Below are positions 19,207 through 27,641 of a stretch of 64,000 nucleotides of DNA, piece after piece. The position numbers and the translations under genes were made by a program. The notes beneath the pieces are model-generated. The model had not been told where the DNA came from. It saw only the letters and a list, made by a program, of their open reading frames with translations, and did not search any database. This DNA comes from Clostridia bacterium (GTDB lineage Bacteria > Bacillota > Clostridia > CAKSNL01 > HGM11501), in the NCBI GenBank assembly GCA_045588365.1, contig JAZNEB010000024.1, positions 48,963-112,962 of the forward strand, read 5' to 3'. Numbering within the stretch: the first letter of the stretch is position 1; every line of letters starts with the position of its first letter.

Positions 19207-20235
19207 TTGAAAAGAGGATTGCTTTTTACATCCGTGTTTACTTTTGTTTTTTTCCTCTTGTTTGTGCATAAGATAACATTTAATCCCTCTGAAAGACTTA
19301 TAACATTTTCCGTTTCCTCTTCCCTTTGTAATTATTTTCCGAAAAGTACACCCTTAGTATCCTTTTCAAAGGAGTCCCTTATCTTGCTCGGGACGCTGCC
19401 CCCTGCCTCAGAAAACAAAAAAAGAGAGACTTCCTTAAAAGAAAGCCTCACATTACAAAAGGAAAATAACGAAAGTCTCCCTCCCGGGATAAAGGAGATA
19501 ACCATTGAAACGGGAGGGACAAGTCTTTTCGGTGTCCAGATAAACAACGAAACTGAGTATAATCTGGAAAATGCCTTTTCAGAAAAGAAATTCTCCCCTT
19601 CTTCTCCCGTTCTTATAGTCCACACCCACACCTCAGAAGCCTACCGTCCCACCTTAAAAAACTTCTATGAGCCTAAAGACAACCAAAGAAGCGAAGATGT
19701 AAATTTCAATGTGGCAAAGGTGGGGGCTCATCTTTATGAAAGTTTAAAATCCAAAGGAATTGATGTTACCCACGATGATACCATAAATGACTATCCGTCA
19801 TATAACGGGTCTTACAGCAAAACTCTCCGCCTAATAGAAGCTCACCTTGAAAAAAATCCTTCCATAAATATAGTTCTGGATCTGCACCGTGATGCCATGG
19901 AAAAATCCGACGGGACAAAATTAAGCACCGTTTGCGAAATAAACGGAGAAAAAGCCGCCCAGATAATGATTGTGGTAGGCACAGACCAAAGCGGTCTTAC
20001 CCACAGTAACTGGAGGAGCAATTTTTCTTTCGCCGTTTGCCTCCAGAGAGCTTTGGATAAAAAATTTCCCGGTCTTATGCGTCCCATCAATGTAAGATGC
20101 GAGCGCTTCAACGGACACGTTTCAGAAAATCAGCTTATCATAGAAATCGGCACAACGGGAAATACTTTGGAAGAAGCCTTATTGAGTGCCGAAGCCTTGT
20201 CTATAGGTCTTTCGGATATTATAAAGGGTAGCTGA
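19207..20235 (+). CDS. spoIIP: Stage II sporulation protein P (SpoIIP)
   Basis: 342 aa; TTG start with GGAGGGG RBS; N-terminal TM, SpoIIP family blocks (IHTHTSEAY, VLDLHRDA...). Confidence 0.8.
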   Translation: MKRGLLFTSVFTFVFFLLFVHKITFNPSERLITFSVSSSLCNYFPKSTPLVSFSKESLILLGTLPPASENKKRETSLKESLTLQKENNESLPPGIKEITIETGGTSLFGVQINNETEYNLENAFSEKKFSPSSPVLIVHTHTSEAYRPTLKNFYEPKDNQRSEDVNFNVAKVGAHLYESLKSKGIDVTHDDTINDYPSYNGSYSKTLRLIEAHLEKNPSINIVLDLHRDAMEKSDGTKLSTVCEINGEKAAQIMIVVGTDQSGLTHSNWRSNFSFAVCLQRALDKKFPGLMRPINVRCERFNGHVSENQLIIEIGTTGNTLEEALLSAEALSIGLSDIIKGS

Positions 20236-20839
20236 TTACAAAAACCACAGAGCCAAGTATTTTTATATCATGCTCACGGGCATCATAAATTTTTATGTCG
20301 GGAGCCAGCGACTCATCTTTTATGGTTATTTCCGTACCTTTTATGAATATACGCCTGAGCACGGCTTCCTTTCCGTCAACACTCACCGCTCCGATTGTAC
20401 CCGATTCAAAGGGTATTGAGGGATTTATCAAGACCTTATCTCCCGCACCAATTTTTGCATAAATCATACTGTCATCTTTGGCTATAACAAAATAGCAAAG
20501 GTCCATATCCTCTCTGGAATAATTTCCCGTAATATGACCGATGGTATTTATATCCCTTATGTCCTCCCTGGAGGTAACCTTTTTAGGAAATTCCGCAAAT
20601 ATCGGGATTTTGGATATGGGCTCCGACATAAACGGGGCGTCAGATTCGCCCTTTATATAAGAGGAAGGAACACCCAGAGCCTTTGCTATTTTAATAACAT
20701 CCTCCTCTGTTGGAGCACTGTAATCGGTCAGATAGCGCTTAAGCGAAACCTCTCCTATTTCCGAGCGCTTTATAAGCTCCTCTTTTGGCATATTTCTGCT
20801 TTCCATTAAATGAAGTATTCGCTCTCCCATAGTTGCCAT
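20219..20839 (-). CDS. CI/LexA-like repressor: HTH_XRE N-domain + S24 peptidase C-domain
   Basis: ORF to 20848; preferred ATG 20839 (AAGGAA RBS); S24 catalytic motif AKDDSM ... K; N-terminal XRE-type HTH. Confidence 0.7.
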   Translation of the reverse strand: MATMGERILHLMESRNMPKEELIKRSEIGEVSLKRYLTDYSAPTEEDVIKIAKALGVPSSYIKGESDAPFMSEPISKIPIFAEFPKKVTSREDIRDINTIGHITGNYSREDMDLCYFVIAKDDSMIYAKIGAGDKVLINPSIPFESGTIGAVSVDGKEAVLRRIFIKGTEITIKDESLAPDIKIYDAREHDIKILGSVVFVISYPL

Positions 20840-20879
20840 AAAAATCATTCCTTTTATATCTTTTTATTTAGTATATCAT

Positions 20880-20920
20880 AAGGGAATATCCCTTAAAAGG
20901 CAATAAGGAATATTTCCTTA
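20880..20920. promoter_or_regulatory. Two related palindromic operator-like sites between divergent repressor genes
   Basis: AAGGGAATATCCCTT (20880-20894) and TAAGGAATATTTCCTTA (20904-20920) share half-site AAGG(G)AATAT. Confidence 0.5.
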
Positions 20921-20947
20921 TGTTAAGATAATTCAGAGGTGTTGAGA

Positions 20948-21169
20948 ATGAAACTCCGGATAAGAGATTTAAGAGAAGACCACGATCTGACTCAAAAAGA
21001 ACTTTCAGAGCTTTTGCATATACATCAGACAACCTATTCCGCCTATGAGCTGGGAGACGTAAATGTTCCCCTGCCTGTTTTATGCTTCTTAGCGGAATTT
21101 TACAAAACCAGCATTGACTATTTAGCAGGGATACCCGACGAACCTAATCCCTATCCGAAAGCAAAATAA
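20948..21169 (+). CDS. Cro-like XRE-family HTH regulator (73 aa)
   Basis: ATG 20948 with GAGGTG RBS; HTH_XRE (LTQKELSELLHIHQTTYSAYE). Confidence 0.7.
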   Translation: MKLRIRDLREDHDLTQKELSELLHIHQTTYSAYELGDVNVPLPVLCFLAEFYKTSIDYLAGIPDEPNPYPKAK

Positions 21170-21192
21170 AAAAAGCGGCTATGCCGCTTTTT

Positions 21193-22194
21193 TTATTTTG
21201 TAGTTACCGCTATTACGCCGTCATTTATTTCCGCCTTTGCATTTTCTCCGAAAAGAAGCTTGAATATATCCAGACCAACAAAGGTTCTGTCCTCAATTAT
21301 TTCGGGAGCTTTTTCGCTTTCACTAAAAATCTTCTTTCCGATTATTAAGGACTTTTCTGCTTCGCCTTTTTTAAGTGTTACTTCTCTTTCTTCCCCATTC
21401 CAGGAAATTTCAAAGCCGAGACCTTCTGCCAAAGAACGGAGAGGAATAAGTTCTTCCTTTAAGGAAAAGGACACTTCCATTTTTTCGCCGTCAAGTAAAA
21501 TACCTTCAATTTCTCCTGCCTTTCTTTCAGCCAAGGTGAGAACTGCTATTTTTTCTGCAGGGACATGAGCGGGAAGGCTCATTCCAACGGCAGAAGCAAA
21601 TACCAAAATCTCGGAGCCCTTTGTAATGTCCATGGCTCTTAACATAATTCTTATTCTGTGTGCAGTAACAGGTGTCAAATCTTCATATACCACACGGTAG
21701 GAGCCGTCTTCGGATAGAATAACCCCGTCCTTATTTTCGGACACTACCATATAGATGGGAGCAGAAATGGAATTTTCAGTATTTACCAAAATATAAAATG
21801 CATAGTTCTGGGGCGGCAGGCTCATTGTGGTCATTGTTGAAGTTACCGCACTTATCATATCTCCCACTTTGATTTCTGCAGGGTTTAAGTTGTAATCCGC
21901 AATATATGTATTTTGGTCAATGTTTAATCTTAAGTTACCGTCATTTACCATTATGTAATCTTCTGTAATTTCCGATACGACTCCGTGCTGCATCATCTTT
22001 TCAGGCATAACAAACTCCTTGGCGTCGGCTTCTTCAAAGTCTACAGCCTCTTCAATGGGCATTGTTGAATAAGGGTCATCCTCTATGCCAATGAGCATTG
22101 TTGCGTAGGGGTCCATTTCTTCATTGGCGGAGGCATACATACCAAAAGCAGTAAATACCATTAAAACCGCCAGCAATAAACTTGTCTTTTTCAT
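21193..22194 (-). CDS. Secreted protein with C-terminal copper-amine-oxidase N-terminal-like (stalk) domain
   Basis: Start ATG 22194 (AAGGAG RBS), signal peptide MKKTSLLLAVLMVFTAFGMYASA; C-terminal Cu_amine_oxidN1-like segment (IPLRSLAEGLGFEISWNGEEREVTL). Confidence 0.55.
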   Translation of the reverse strand: MKKTSLLLAVLMVFTAFGMYASANEEMDPYATMLIGIEDDPYSTMPIEEAVDFEEADAKEFVMPEKMMQHGVVSEITEDYIMVNDGNLRLNIDQNTYIADYNLNPAEIKVGDMISAVTSTMTTMSLPPQNYAFYILVNTENSISAPIYMVVSENKDGVILSEDGSYRVVYEDLTPVTAHRIRIMLRAMDITKGSEILVFASAVGMSLPAHVPAEKIAVLTLAERKAGEIEGILLDGEKMEVSFSLKEELIPLRSLAEGLGFEISWNGEEREVTLKKGEAEKSLIIGKKIFSESEKAPEIIEDRTFVGLDIFKLLFGENAKAEINDGVIAVTTK

Positions 22195-22291
22195 AAATTT
22201 ATTCTCCTTTTTTGTTTCTGTATATAATACAATTAAAAAAAGCAAAAGGTTGCATAAAAATTAAAATATTTTAAGAAAGGTATAAATTTTC

Positions 22292-22320
22292 TTGACAATA
22301 GGGTTTTTCCTCCTTATAAT
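22292..22320 (+). promoter_or_regulatory. Sigma-A promoter for argF (TTGACA-17-TATAAT)
   Basis: consensus hexamers, ~50 nt upstream of ATG. Confidence 0.6.
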
Positions 22321-22368
22321 ATACAAATATACTATCATTTCGTATATTTATACAAAAGGAGCAATATT

Positions 22369-23364
22369 ATGAAAAAAATAAACTTAAAGGGAAAAAGCTT
22401 TTTAAAGCTTTTGGATTTTTCCCCGGAAGAAATAAATTACCTTATAGATTTAGCCGCTGATTTTAAGGCTAAAAAGAAAAAGGGAATTCCCCACAGAATA
22501 TTAAAGGGTAAGAACATCGCCTTGATTTTTGAAAAAACCAGCACAAGAACCAGATGTGCCTTTGAGGTTGCCGCATCTGACCTTGGAATGAGTTCCACTT
22601 ACCTTGACCCCACAAGCTCTCAGCTTGGCAAAAAGGAAAGTATTCCTGATACCGCAAGAGTTATAGGCAGAATGTATGACGGCATAGAATACCGTGGCTT
22701 CGGTCAGGAGATTGTGGAAAAGCTGGCTTCTTTTGCGGGCGTTCCCGTGTGGAACGGACTTACAAACGAGTTCCACCCCACTCAGATTTTAGCTGATTTC
22801 CTTACCATAAAGGAGCATTTCGGTTCACTTTCGGGCAAAAAATTGGTTTATATGGGCGATGCCAGATACAATATGGGCAACTCTTTAATGGTTGGCTGTG
22901 CCAAGATGGGTATGAATTTCGTGGCGTGCACCAGCAAAAAGTATTTCCCTGACGAGACTTTAATAAATACCTGCAGGGAAATTGCCGAAAAAACAGGCGC
23001 AACCTTATCCTTTAACGAAGACCCCATAGAGGCAACAAAAGATGCTGATGTAATTTATACAGACGTGTGGGTTTCCATGGGCGAGCCTGAAGAAGTGTGG
23101 AAAGAAAGAATAGAGGACTTATCTCCCTATCGTGTTACAAAAGAAATTATGGATAACGCCGGTGAAAAGTGCCGCTTTATGCATTGTCTTCCTGCTTTCC
23201 ACAACCTGGATACCAAAATCAGCAAAGAAATTTACGATAAATTCGGCATTGATTCAATGGAAGTTACCGAAGAGGTTTTTGAAAGCGAAAAATCCATTGT
23301 ATTTGACGAAGCTGAAAACAGAATGCACACAATTAAGGCAGTTATGGCAGCTACATTAAAGTAA
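22369..23364 (+). CDS. argF: Ornithine carbamoyltransferase
   Basis: 331 aa; STRTR carbamoyl-phosphate motif, HCLP motif. Confidence 0.9.
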   Translation: MKKINLKGKSFLKLLDFSPEEINYLIDLAADFKAKKKKGIPHRILKGKNIALIFEKTSTRTRCAFEVAASDLGMSSTYLDPTSSQLGKKESIPDTARVIGRMYDGIEYRGFGQEIVEKLASFAGVPVWNGLTNEFHPTQILADFLTIKEHFGSLSGKKLVYMGDARYNMGNSLMVGCAKMGMNFVACTSKKYFPDETLINTCREIAEKTGATLSFNEDPIEATKDADVIYTDVWVSMGEPEEVWKERIEDLSPYRVTKEIMDNAGEKCRFMHCLPAFHNLDTKISKEIYDKFGIDSMEVTEEVFESEKSIVFDEAENRMHTIKAVMAATLK

Positions 23365-23412
23365 AATTTATTAAAAAAGCTTCCTCTTATGGAGTGTACT
23401 CTTAAGGACAGT

Positions 23413-23448
23413 AAACGGAGCAGTGAATTTCACTGCTCCGTTTCGCTA
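23413..23448 (+). terminator. Terminator hairpin after argF (cggagcagtg-aattt-cactgctccg)
   Basis: 10-bp stem; weak T tract. Confidence 0.5.
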
Positions 23449-23924
23449 TTATAAAAACAATCTTTTTCCCATCTTATCACATTTGTATCTATGTATTCCC
23501 ATATCTTTTGATAGTCTTTTTCACCGCGAATTATGTGGTCGTGATATGACCTTTGCCATATAGAATTACCTATTTCTTTTGCGACCATTGTTTTGAATGA
23601 ACGAACTATGGTTTCTATGTTCTTTGTAGGGGACGATGCCCTCATCGTCCCGTTAAGAAATATAATCAAATGAATATGATTTGGCATTATTACATATTTA
23701 TCAACTGTTACATTTTCATATTTTATGTTTATATTATTGATATATCTGTCACATATTAAACCGATTTCAGACAAATTATTTTGCGGGACGATGTGGGCAT
23801 CGTCCCCTACGATTTTAGACAACAATTGCTTTCTGTCTTTGACGCATATTGTAATAAAATATGCTCCCGGTGTTGAATAATCGTACCCTTTCAATCTTGC
23901 TGGTTTTCGTTTTGGTAAAGTCAT
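23430..23924 (-). CDS. IS200/IS605-type Y1 (HUH) transposase-like protein, RAYT-like (COG1943)
   Basis: 164 aa; HUH motif PNHIHLIIF, catalytic Tyr region WQRSYHDHIIR; start overlaps XRE stop (ATGA). Confidence 0.75.
   Translation of the reverse strand: MTLPKRKPARLKGYDYSTPGAYFITICVKDRKQLLSKIVGDDAHIVPQNNLSEIGLICDRYINNINIKYENVTVDKYVIMPNHIHLIIFLNGTMRASSPTKNIETIVRSFKTMVAKEIGNSIWQRSYHDHIIRGEKDYQKIWEYIDTNVIRWEKDCFYNSETEQ
23626..23652 (+). repeat. REP-like GTAG-headed GC-rich palindrome inside transposase ORF (copy B)
   Basis: GTAG-GGGACGATG-CCCT-CATCGTCCC-G; encodes GTMRASSP in-frame on minus strand. Confidence 0.7.
23784..23810 (-). repeat. REP-like GTAG-headed GC-rich palindrome inside transposase ORF (copy A, inverted orientation)
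   Basis: minus strand GTAG-GGGACGATG-CCCA-CATCGTCCC-G; encodes GDDAHIVP in a different frame from copy B. Confidence 0.7.
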
Positions 23925-24154
23925 AATATTTCCTCTAATTTTAAAACAAAGATACTCATTTTAATATCAAGAGCATTACAAATTCTATATAATGTTTCTA
24001 AAGTAGGTTTGCGCTCCCCTCTTTCTATGGCGCTCAGATGACTTCTGCCTATGTCAGCTAATCCACTTAACACTTCTTGTGAAATGCCTTTTTGCTGTCT
24101 GAAAAAAGCAACAGTTTTACCCACTTTAATAGAATCTAGTGTGGCTATATACAT
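23921..24154 (-). CDS. XRE-family HTH transcriptional regulator (77 aa)
   Basis: HTH_XRE (ISQEVLSGLADIGRSHLSAIERGE); translationally coupled to downstream transposase gene. Confidence 0.75.
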   Translation of the reverse strand: MYIATLDSIKVGKTVAFFRQQKGISQEVLSGLADIGRSHLSAIERGERKPTLETLYRICNALDIKMSIFVLKLEEIL

Positions 24155-24194
24155 ATTCTCACCTCAAGAATAGTATATGTCATTTCAAAAGAAC

Positions 24195-24250
24195 GTTTGA
24201 ACACATATGTTGACAATCGAACACTTATGTGTTATAATTTGATTGTCAAA
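24195..24250. promoter_or_regulatory. Divergent promoter region with sigma-A promoter (TTGACA-17-TATAAT, 24210-24238) and overlapping palindromic operator-like sites
   Basis: AACACATATGTT (24200-24211), ACACTTATGTGT (24220-24231), IR TTGACAATC/GATTGTCAA (24210-24218 / 24242-24250). Confidence 0.5.
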
Positions 24251-24272
24251 TTAAAAATGGAGGTAGAACAAA

Positions 24273-25061
24273 ATGAAAAAAGGATTACAGGGGTTAATTT
24301 CAGGTGTGTTGATTGGTGCAATGATGACAAGTGGGATGGTATTTGCAAAGCAAGCATCAGAAACAATTAATGTTATTTATGATAACATAAAAATTTTGAT
24401 TGACGGCAAAGAGTATCAACCGACAGATGCAAATGGCAATGTAGTTGAGCCGTTCATTTATAACGGAACTACATATCTTCCTGTAAGAGCAATAGCAACT
24501 GCCTTTGATAAAGAAGTTGATTGGGAAGCGCAGACAAGCACCGTTACATTAGGCAGTAAAAATTATGATTGGTTAGACCAGATGGGATATGTTGATTATG
24601 AATATAGTGCTATAGGAAATTCATTTTCTGCTTTGCCGGAGAACACAAAAATGTCGGATGATACGAAATTTAATAGAGGAATTATGTTTGAACTTTATGA
24701 TTACTTAGGAAATACAGGGGGTACGACGGAAAATAAAGATGGTTCATTTGGATGTAATGAAAGTATATCATATTTACTCAATGGTCAATATAAGTCCTTT
24801 CGCGGAACAATATCTCATAAAGAAAGTGGAAATACAAGAGTTGGAAATTCAGTAATAAAAATTTATGGCGATGGAAAGTTGCTATACACTTCTCCCGCAG
24901 TGTCATATGGAATGAAGTCAACAAATTTTGATATTTCGGTTGAAAGTGTTAAATTATTAAAAATTGATGTAGAATTTTTGAACACCATCGGAACAACAGC
25001 TGTATCAAATACAAAGAAGTCATTTCCCTGTATTGCTGATGCAAGATTATGTAAAAAATAA
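24273..25061 (+). CDS. Secreted protein: copper-amine-oxidase N-terminal-like domain + NPCBM-like carbohydrate-binding domain
   Basis: 262 aa; signal peptide; segment NGTTYLPVRAIATAFDKEVDW typical of Cu_amine_oxidN1; C-terminal NPCBM/NEW2-like. Confidence 0.5.
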   Translation: MKKGLQGLISGVLIGAMMTSGMVFAKQASETINVIYDNIKILIDGKEYQPTDANGNVVEPFIYNGTTYLPVRAIATAFDKEVDWEAQTSTVTLGSKNYDWLDQMGYVDYEYSAIGNSFSALPENTKMSDDTKFNRGIMFELYDYLGNTGGTTENKDGSFGCNESISYLLNGQYKSFRGTISHKESGNTRVGNSVIKIYGDGKLLYTSPAVSYGMKSTNFDISVESVKLLKIDVEFLNTIGTTAVSNTKKSFPCIADARLCKK

Positions 25062-25164
25062 TGTCCGGGACTGTAACAAGCAGGGAAAATGTATATCATT
25101 TTCCGAGATATTTTAGAATATCCTAAGACCTTAAAATGGGCGATTCGTGAATCTCCCCTACGAT

Positions 25165-25203
25165 AAAAGGCTGAACGAAATCAATCGTTCAGCCTTTCAA
25201 AAT
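25165..25203 (-). terminator. Terminator hairpin (aggctgaacga-loop-tcgttcagcct) downstream of relQ-like gene
   Basis: 11-bp stem; T tract on minus-strand side. Confidence 0.5.
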
Positions 25204-25226
25204 TACTGTCCTTAACAGTACACCTC

Positions 25227-25934
25227 TTATGAGGAAGCTTTTTTATCATATACACATTCTCTCAGGTGGTCCATGGTTTTGTCAAGCTTTGCGCTCATCT
25301 TGGCACAAAGAAGCAAATCCTCGGACATTTCCTTTGTAAATTCCACGTCTTTTTTATATTTAAGCTGATGCTCTAATGCAGCCCAGGAGTCCATGGCAAT
25401 GGTACGAAGCTGAATTTCAACCTTCATATATCTTTTTTCATCAATTAAGAAAATGGGCACGGAAACAATAAGGTGCAGACTTCTGTAGCCGTTTGGCTTC
25501 GGCTTTTTTATATAGTCCTTTTTCTTTATAAGGGTAATGTCATCCTGGCTTAAAAGTGCCGATGCAATCTTATATACATCCTCAGTAAAGGTGCATATAA
25601 CTCTGACTCCCGCCACGTCATTTAAGTTTTCTTCAATGGACGGAAGAGATATATCAAACCCGTTTTTGGAAAGCTTTGTCCTTATACTTTCGGGATTTTT
25701 AAGTCTCGATTTTATACTGTTTATGGGATTTCTGTCATACCTTAAGGAAAACTGTTCATTTAATACATTAAGCTTCGTTTCAATTTCCATAAGAGCGCAC
25801 TTATAATACGCCATAAGTCTGTTATAGCTTTCCAGGTATTCCCTCAGCTTTTCTCCCGCATCGGTTTCCCTGAAAAAGGAAACTATCATATCCTGCTGTC
25901 TTTTATCTCCAAGCTGTATTGTTTCAGACATCAA
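25227..25934 (-). CDS. Small alarmone synthetase (RelQ/RelP-type GTP pyrophosphokinase)
   Basis: 235 aa; RelA/SpoT synthetase domain (GVRVICTF, RSLHLIV) without hydrolase or regulatory domains. Confidence 0.8.
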   Translation of the reverse strand: MMSETIQLGDKRQQDMIVSFFRETDAGEKLREYLESYNRLMAYYKCALMEIETKLNVLNEQFSLRYDRNPINSIKSRLKNPESIRTKLSKNGFDISLPSIEENLNDVAGVRVICTFTEDVYKIASALLSQDDITLIKKKDYIKKPKPNGYRSLHLIVSVPIFLIDEKRYMKVEIQLRTIAMDSWAALEHQLKYKKDVEFTKEMSEDLLLCAKMSAKLDKTMDHLRECVYDKKASS

Positions 25935-26006
25935 AACACCTCCCTTATATAAATATCATAATATAAATGAAGTAAATAGTCAAGGTTACTTATGTTAATT
26001 AAATGT

Positions 26007-26046
26007 AAAAAAATAAGTATCGCAAAGCGATACTTATTTTTTTATT
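26007..26046. terminator. Bidirectional terminator (ataagtatcgc-aaa-gcgatacttat + T7)
   Basis: 11-bp stem with A7 before and T7 after. Confidence 0.7.
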
Positions 26047-26653
26047 CAATAGGTTCAAAATCATCTTTCCCGTGCTTGCATATAGGACAAATAAAGTCAT
26101 CGGGCAAATTTTCGCCCTCGTAAACATATCCGCAAATTTTACACCTGAAGCCTTTTTTCTTTGTATCATCAGGCTTTGGCTTAACGTTTTTATGATAGTA
26201 GGCATAGGTCATGGAGGGCTCATCGGAAATCACATGAGCCTCCGTAACAGAGCAGACGAAAAGACCGTGGGAGCCCATATCGTGGTAGGCATCTACCGAA
26301 AGAGAAATAACCGAATTTATAAAATCCCTTAAGCACATAAGTCCGTTTTTAGTTCTCCATGCAAAAACGTCCTCGAATTTATCTGCATCTTTTCCCGACT
26401 TAAAACCGAAATTTTGAAAAAGAGAAAAAGGAGCTTCTTCCGTAAGACAGCAAACATTCATTTTCCTCGTATTCTTTATTATATCGTGAGAATAATTTTT
26501 CTTGTTTACAGAAACCGTTAAAGTCAAAGGATTATCAGCAACCTGAATTACTGTATTTACGATAAGTCCGTTGTCTTTTTCTCCGTCATTGGTACTAACC
26601 ACATAAAGACCGTAACCAAGCTTAAAAAGTGCACTTTTATCAATAGCTTCCAT
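26042..26653 (-). CDS. High-molecular-weight rubredoxin (flavin reductase-like domain + C-terminal rubredoxin)
   Basis: 203 aa; flavin_reduct domain then CKICGY...CPIC rubredoxin Cys4 motif. Confidence 0.8.
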   Translation of the reverse strand: MEAIDKSALFKLGYGLYVVSTNDGEKDNGLIVNTVIQVADNPLTLTVSVNKKNYSHDIIKNTRKMNVCCLTEEAPFSLFQNFGFKSGKDADKFEDVFAWRTKNGLMCLRDFINSVISLSVDAYHDMGSHGLFVCSVTEAHVISDEPSMTYAYYHKNVKPKPDDTKKKGFRCKICGYVYEGENLPDDFICPICKHGKDDFEPIE

Positions 26654-26665
26654 AATAAAACTCCT

Positions 26666-27457
26666 TTATTTTATAAAGTCTTCGTATAACGCCCTTATAT
26701 TTTTATAAATGTATTGGGGTTTTACATCACTTTTTTCCACATCCTCCATTGTTCCTTCGCCGCTTAAAACGAAGACCGTGGAAATCCCCGCATTAACTCC
26801 CGATGCAATGTCCGTATAGAGTCTGTCCCCCATCATAAGGGTTTCCTCCTTGGAATAGCCCGTCTTTTCCATGGCTAAGAGTGCCATAGTCGGTTCAGGC
26901 TTGCCGATGAAAACCGGACGTCTTTTGGTTGCCGTTTCAAGTATCTGGGCAATTGAGCCGCAATCGGGTACATAACCGTACCAGGTGGGACAAACCCAGT
27001 CGGGATTTGTAGCTATGTAATCAACGCCTCTTCCTAAAAGTATGCAGGCATCCTCCAGCTTCTTAAAGGAAAGCTCCGTATCAAAGCCCATTAAAAGACA
27101 GTCTATGTCATCCTCTAAAGCCTCGGTAATGGGAAGATTTGCTTTTTTAAGCTGCTCCTTAAAGGAGGTGGTTCCAAAGGCATATATCTTTTTATAAGTC
27201 TTCTTTTTAAGATGGAGAATTGTAGCATCAGTGGAGGTTAAAAAATCCTCTGCCGTAGTCTCTATCCCCATAGATGCCAGCTTCTCTATGTATTTTTCCA
27301 CGCTTTTGGAAGAATTATTTGTAAGGAAGATGTATCTTCCTCCGATTTTTTTAACGTAGGACAAAAAATCCAGCGTTCCGTCAAAAAGGTCGTTGTCAAG
27401 ATAAATGGTACCGTCCATATCAAGTAAAAAAAGCTTTATATCTTTAAGATTACTCAT
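26666..27457 (-). CDS. HAD-IIA family hydrolase (NagD/YutF-like)
   Basis: 263 aa; motif I LLDMDGTIY, HAD-IIA cap and motif IV GDRLYTDI. Confidence 0.75.
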   Translation of the reverse strand: MSNLKDIKLFLLDMDGTIYLDNDLFDGTLDFLSYVKKIGGRYIFLTNNSSKSVEKYIEKLASMGIETTAEDFLTSTDATILHLKKKTYKKIYAFGTTSFKEQLKKANLPITEALEDDIDCLLMGFDTELSFKKLEDACILLGRGVDYIATNPDWVCPTWYGYVPDCGSIAQILETATKRRPVFIGKPEPTMALLAMEKTGYSKEETLMMGDRLYTDIASGVNAGISTVFVLSGEGTMEDVEKSDVKPQYIYKNIRALYEDFIK

Positions 27458-27578
27458 AAGCGCCCCCGTATTTGTTTTTTCTTTATAATACTAAATAAAT
27501 CACTTTAAGTCAATGATTTTTGCGCCTGTTTTTTGCATAATAACAAAAACAGATGCATATTAAGCCATGAATTCAATG

Positions 27579-27607
27579 TTGATATTATATTTTCCCTATG
27601 CTATAAT
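27579..27607 (+). promoter_or_regulatory. Sigma-A promoter for czcD-like gene (TTGATA-17-TATAAT)
   Basis: hexamers at 27579-27584 and 27602-27607. Confidence 0.55.
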
Positions 27608-27641
27608 ATCCTTATATAAAAACTTTTTAAAAGGAGTAGCC

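Larger units (their letters stand above)
23373..25244. mobile_element. Candidate IR-bounded cassette (1.87 kb): 42-bp imperfect terminal inverted repeats enclosing XRE regulator, IS200/RAYT-like Y1 transposase and a secreted NPCBM-like protein
   Basis: IR-L 23373-23414 aaaaaagcttcctcttatggagtgtactcttaaggacagtaa vs revcomp of IR-R 25203-25244 (37/42 identical, outer 14 and inner 13 nt perfect). Confidence 0.4.

Noticed and set aside
20219-22194. Prophage
   Set aside because: Only a CI/Cro-like pair is present. There are no integrase, terminase, capsid, tail or lysis genes, and both flanks are chromosomal genes (spoIIP, argF).
22246-22368. ArgR/AhrC ARG-box operator upstream of argF
   Set aside because: Only a loose AT-rich resemblance (TTGCATAAAAATTAA) to the ARG box and no convincing tandem 18-bp boxes, so it was not called.
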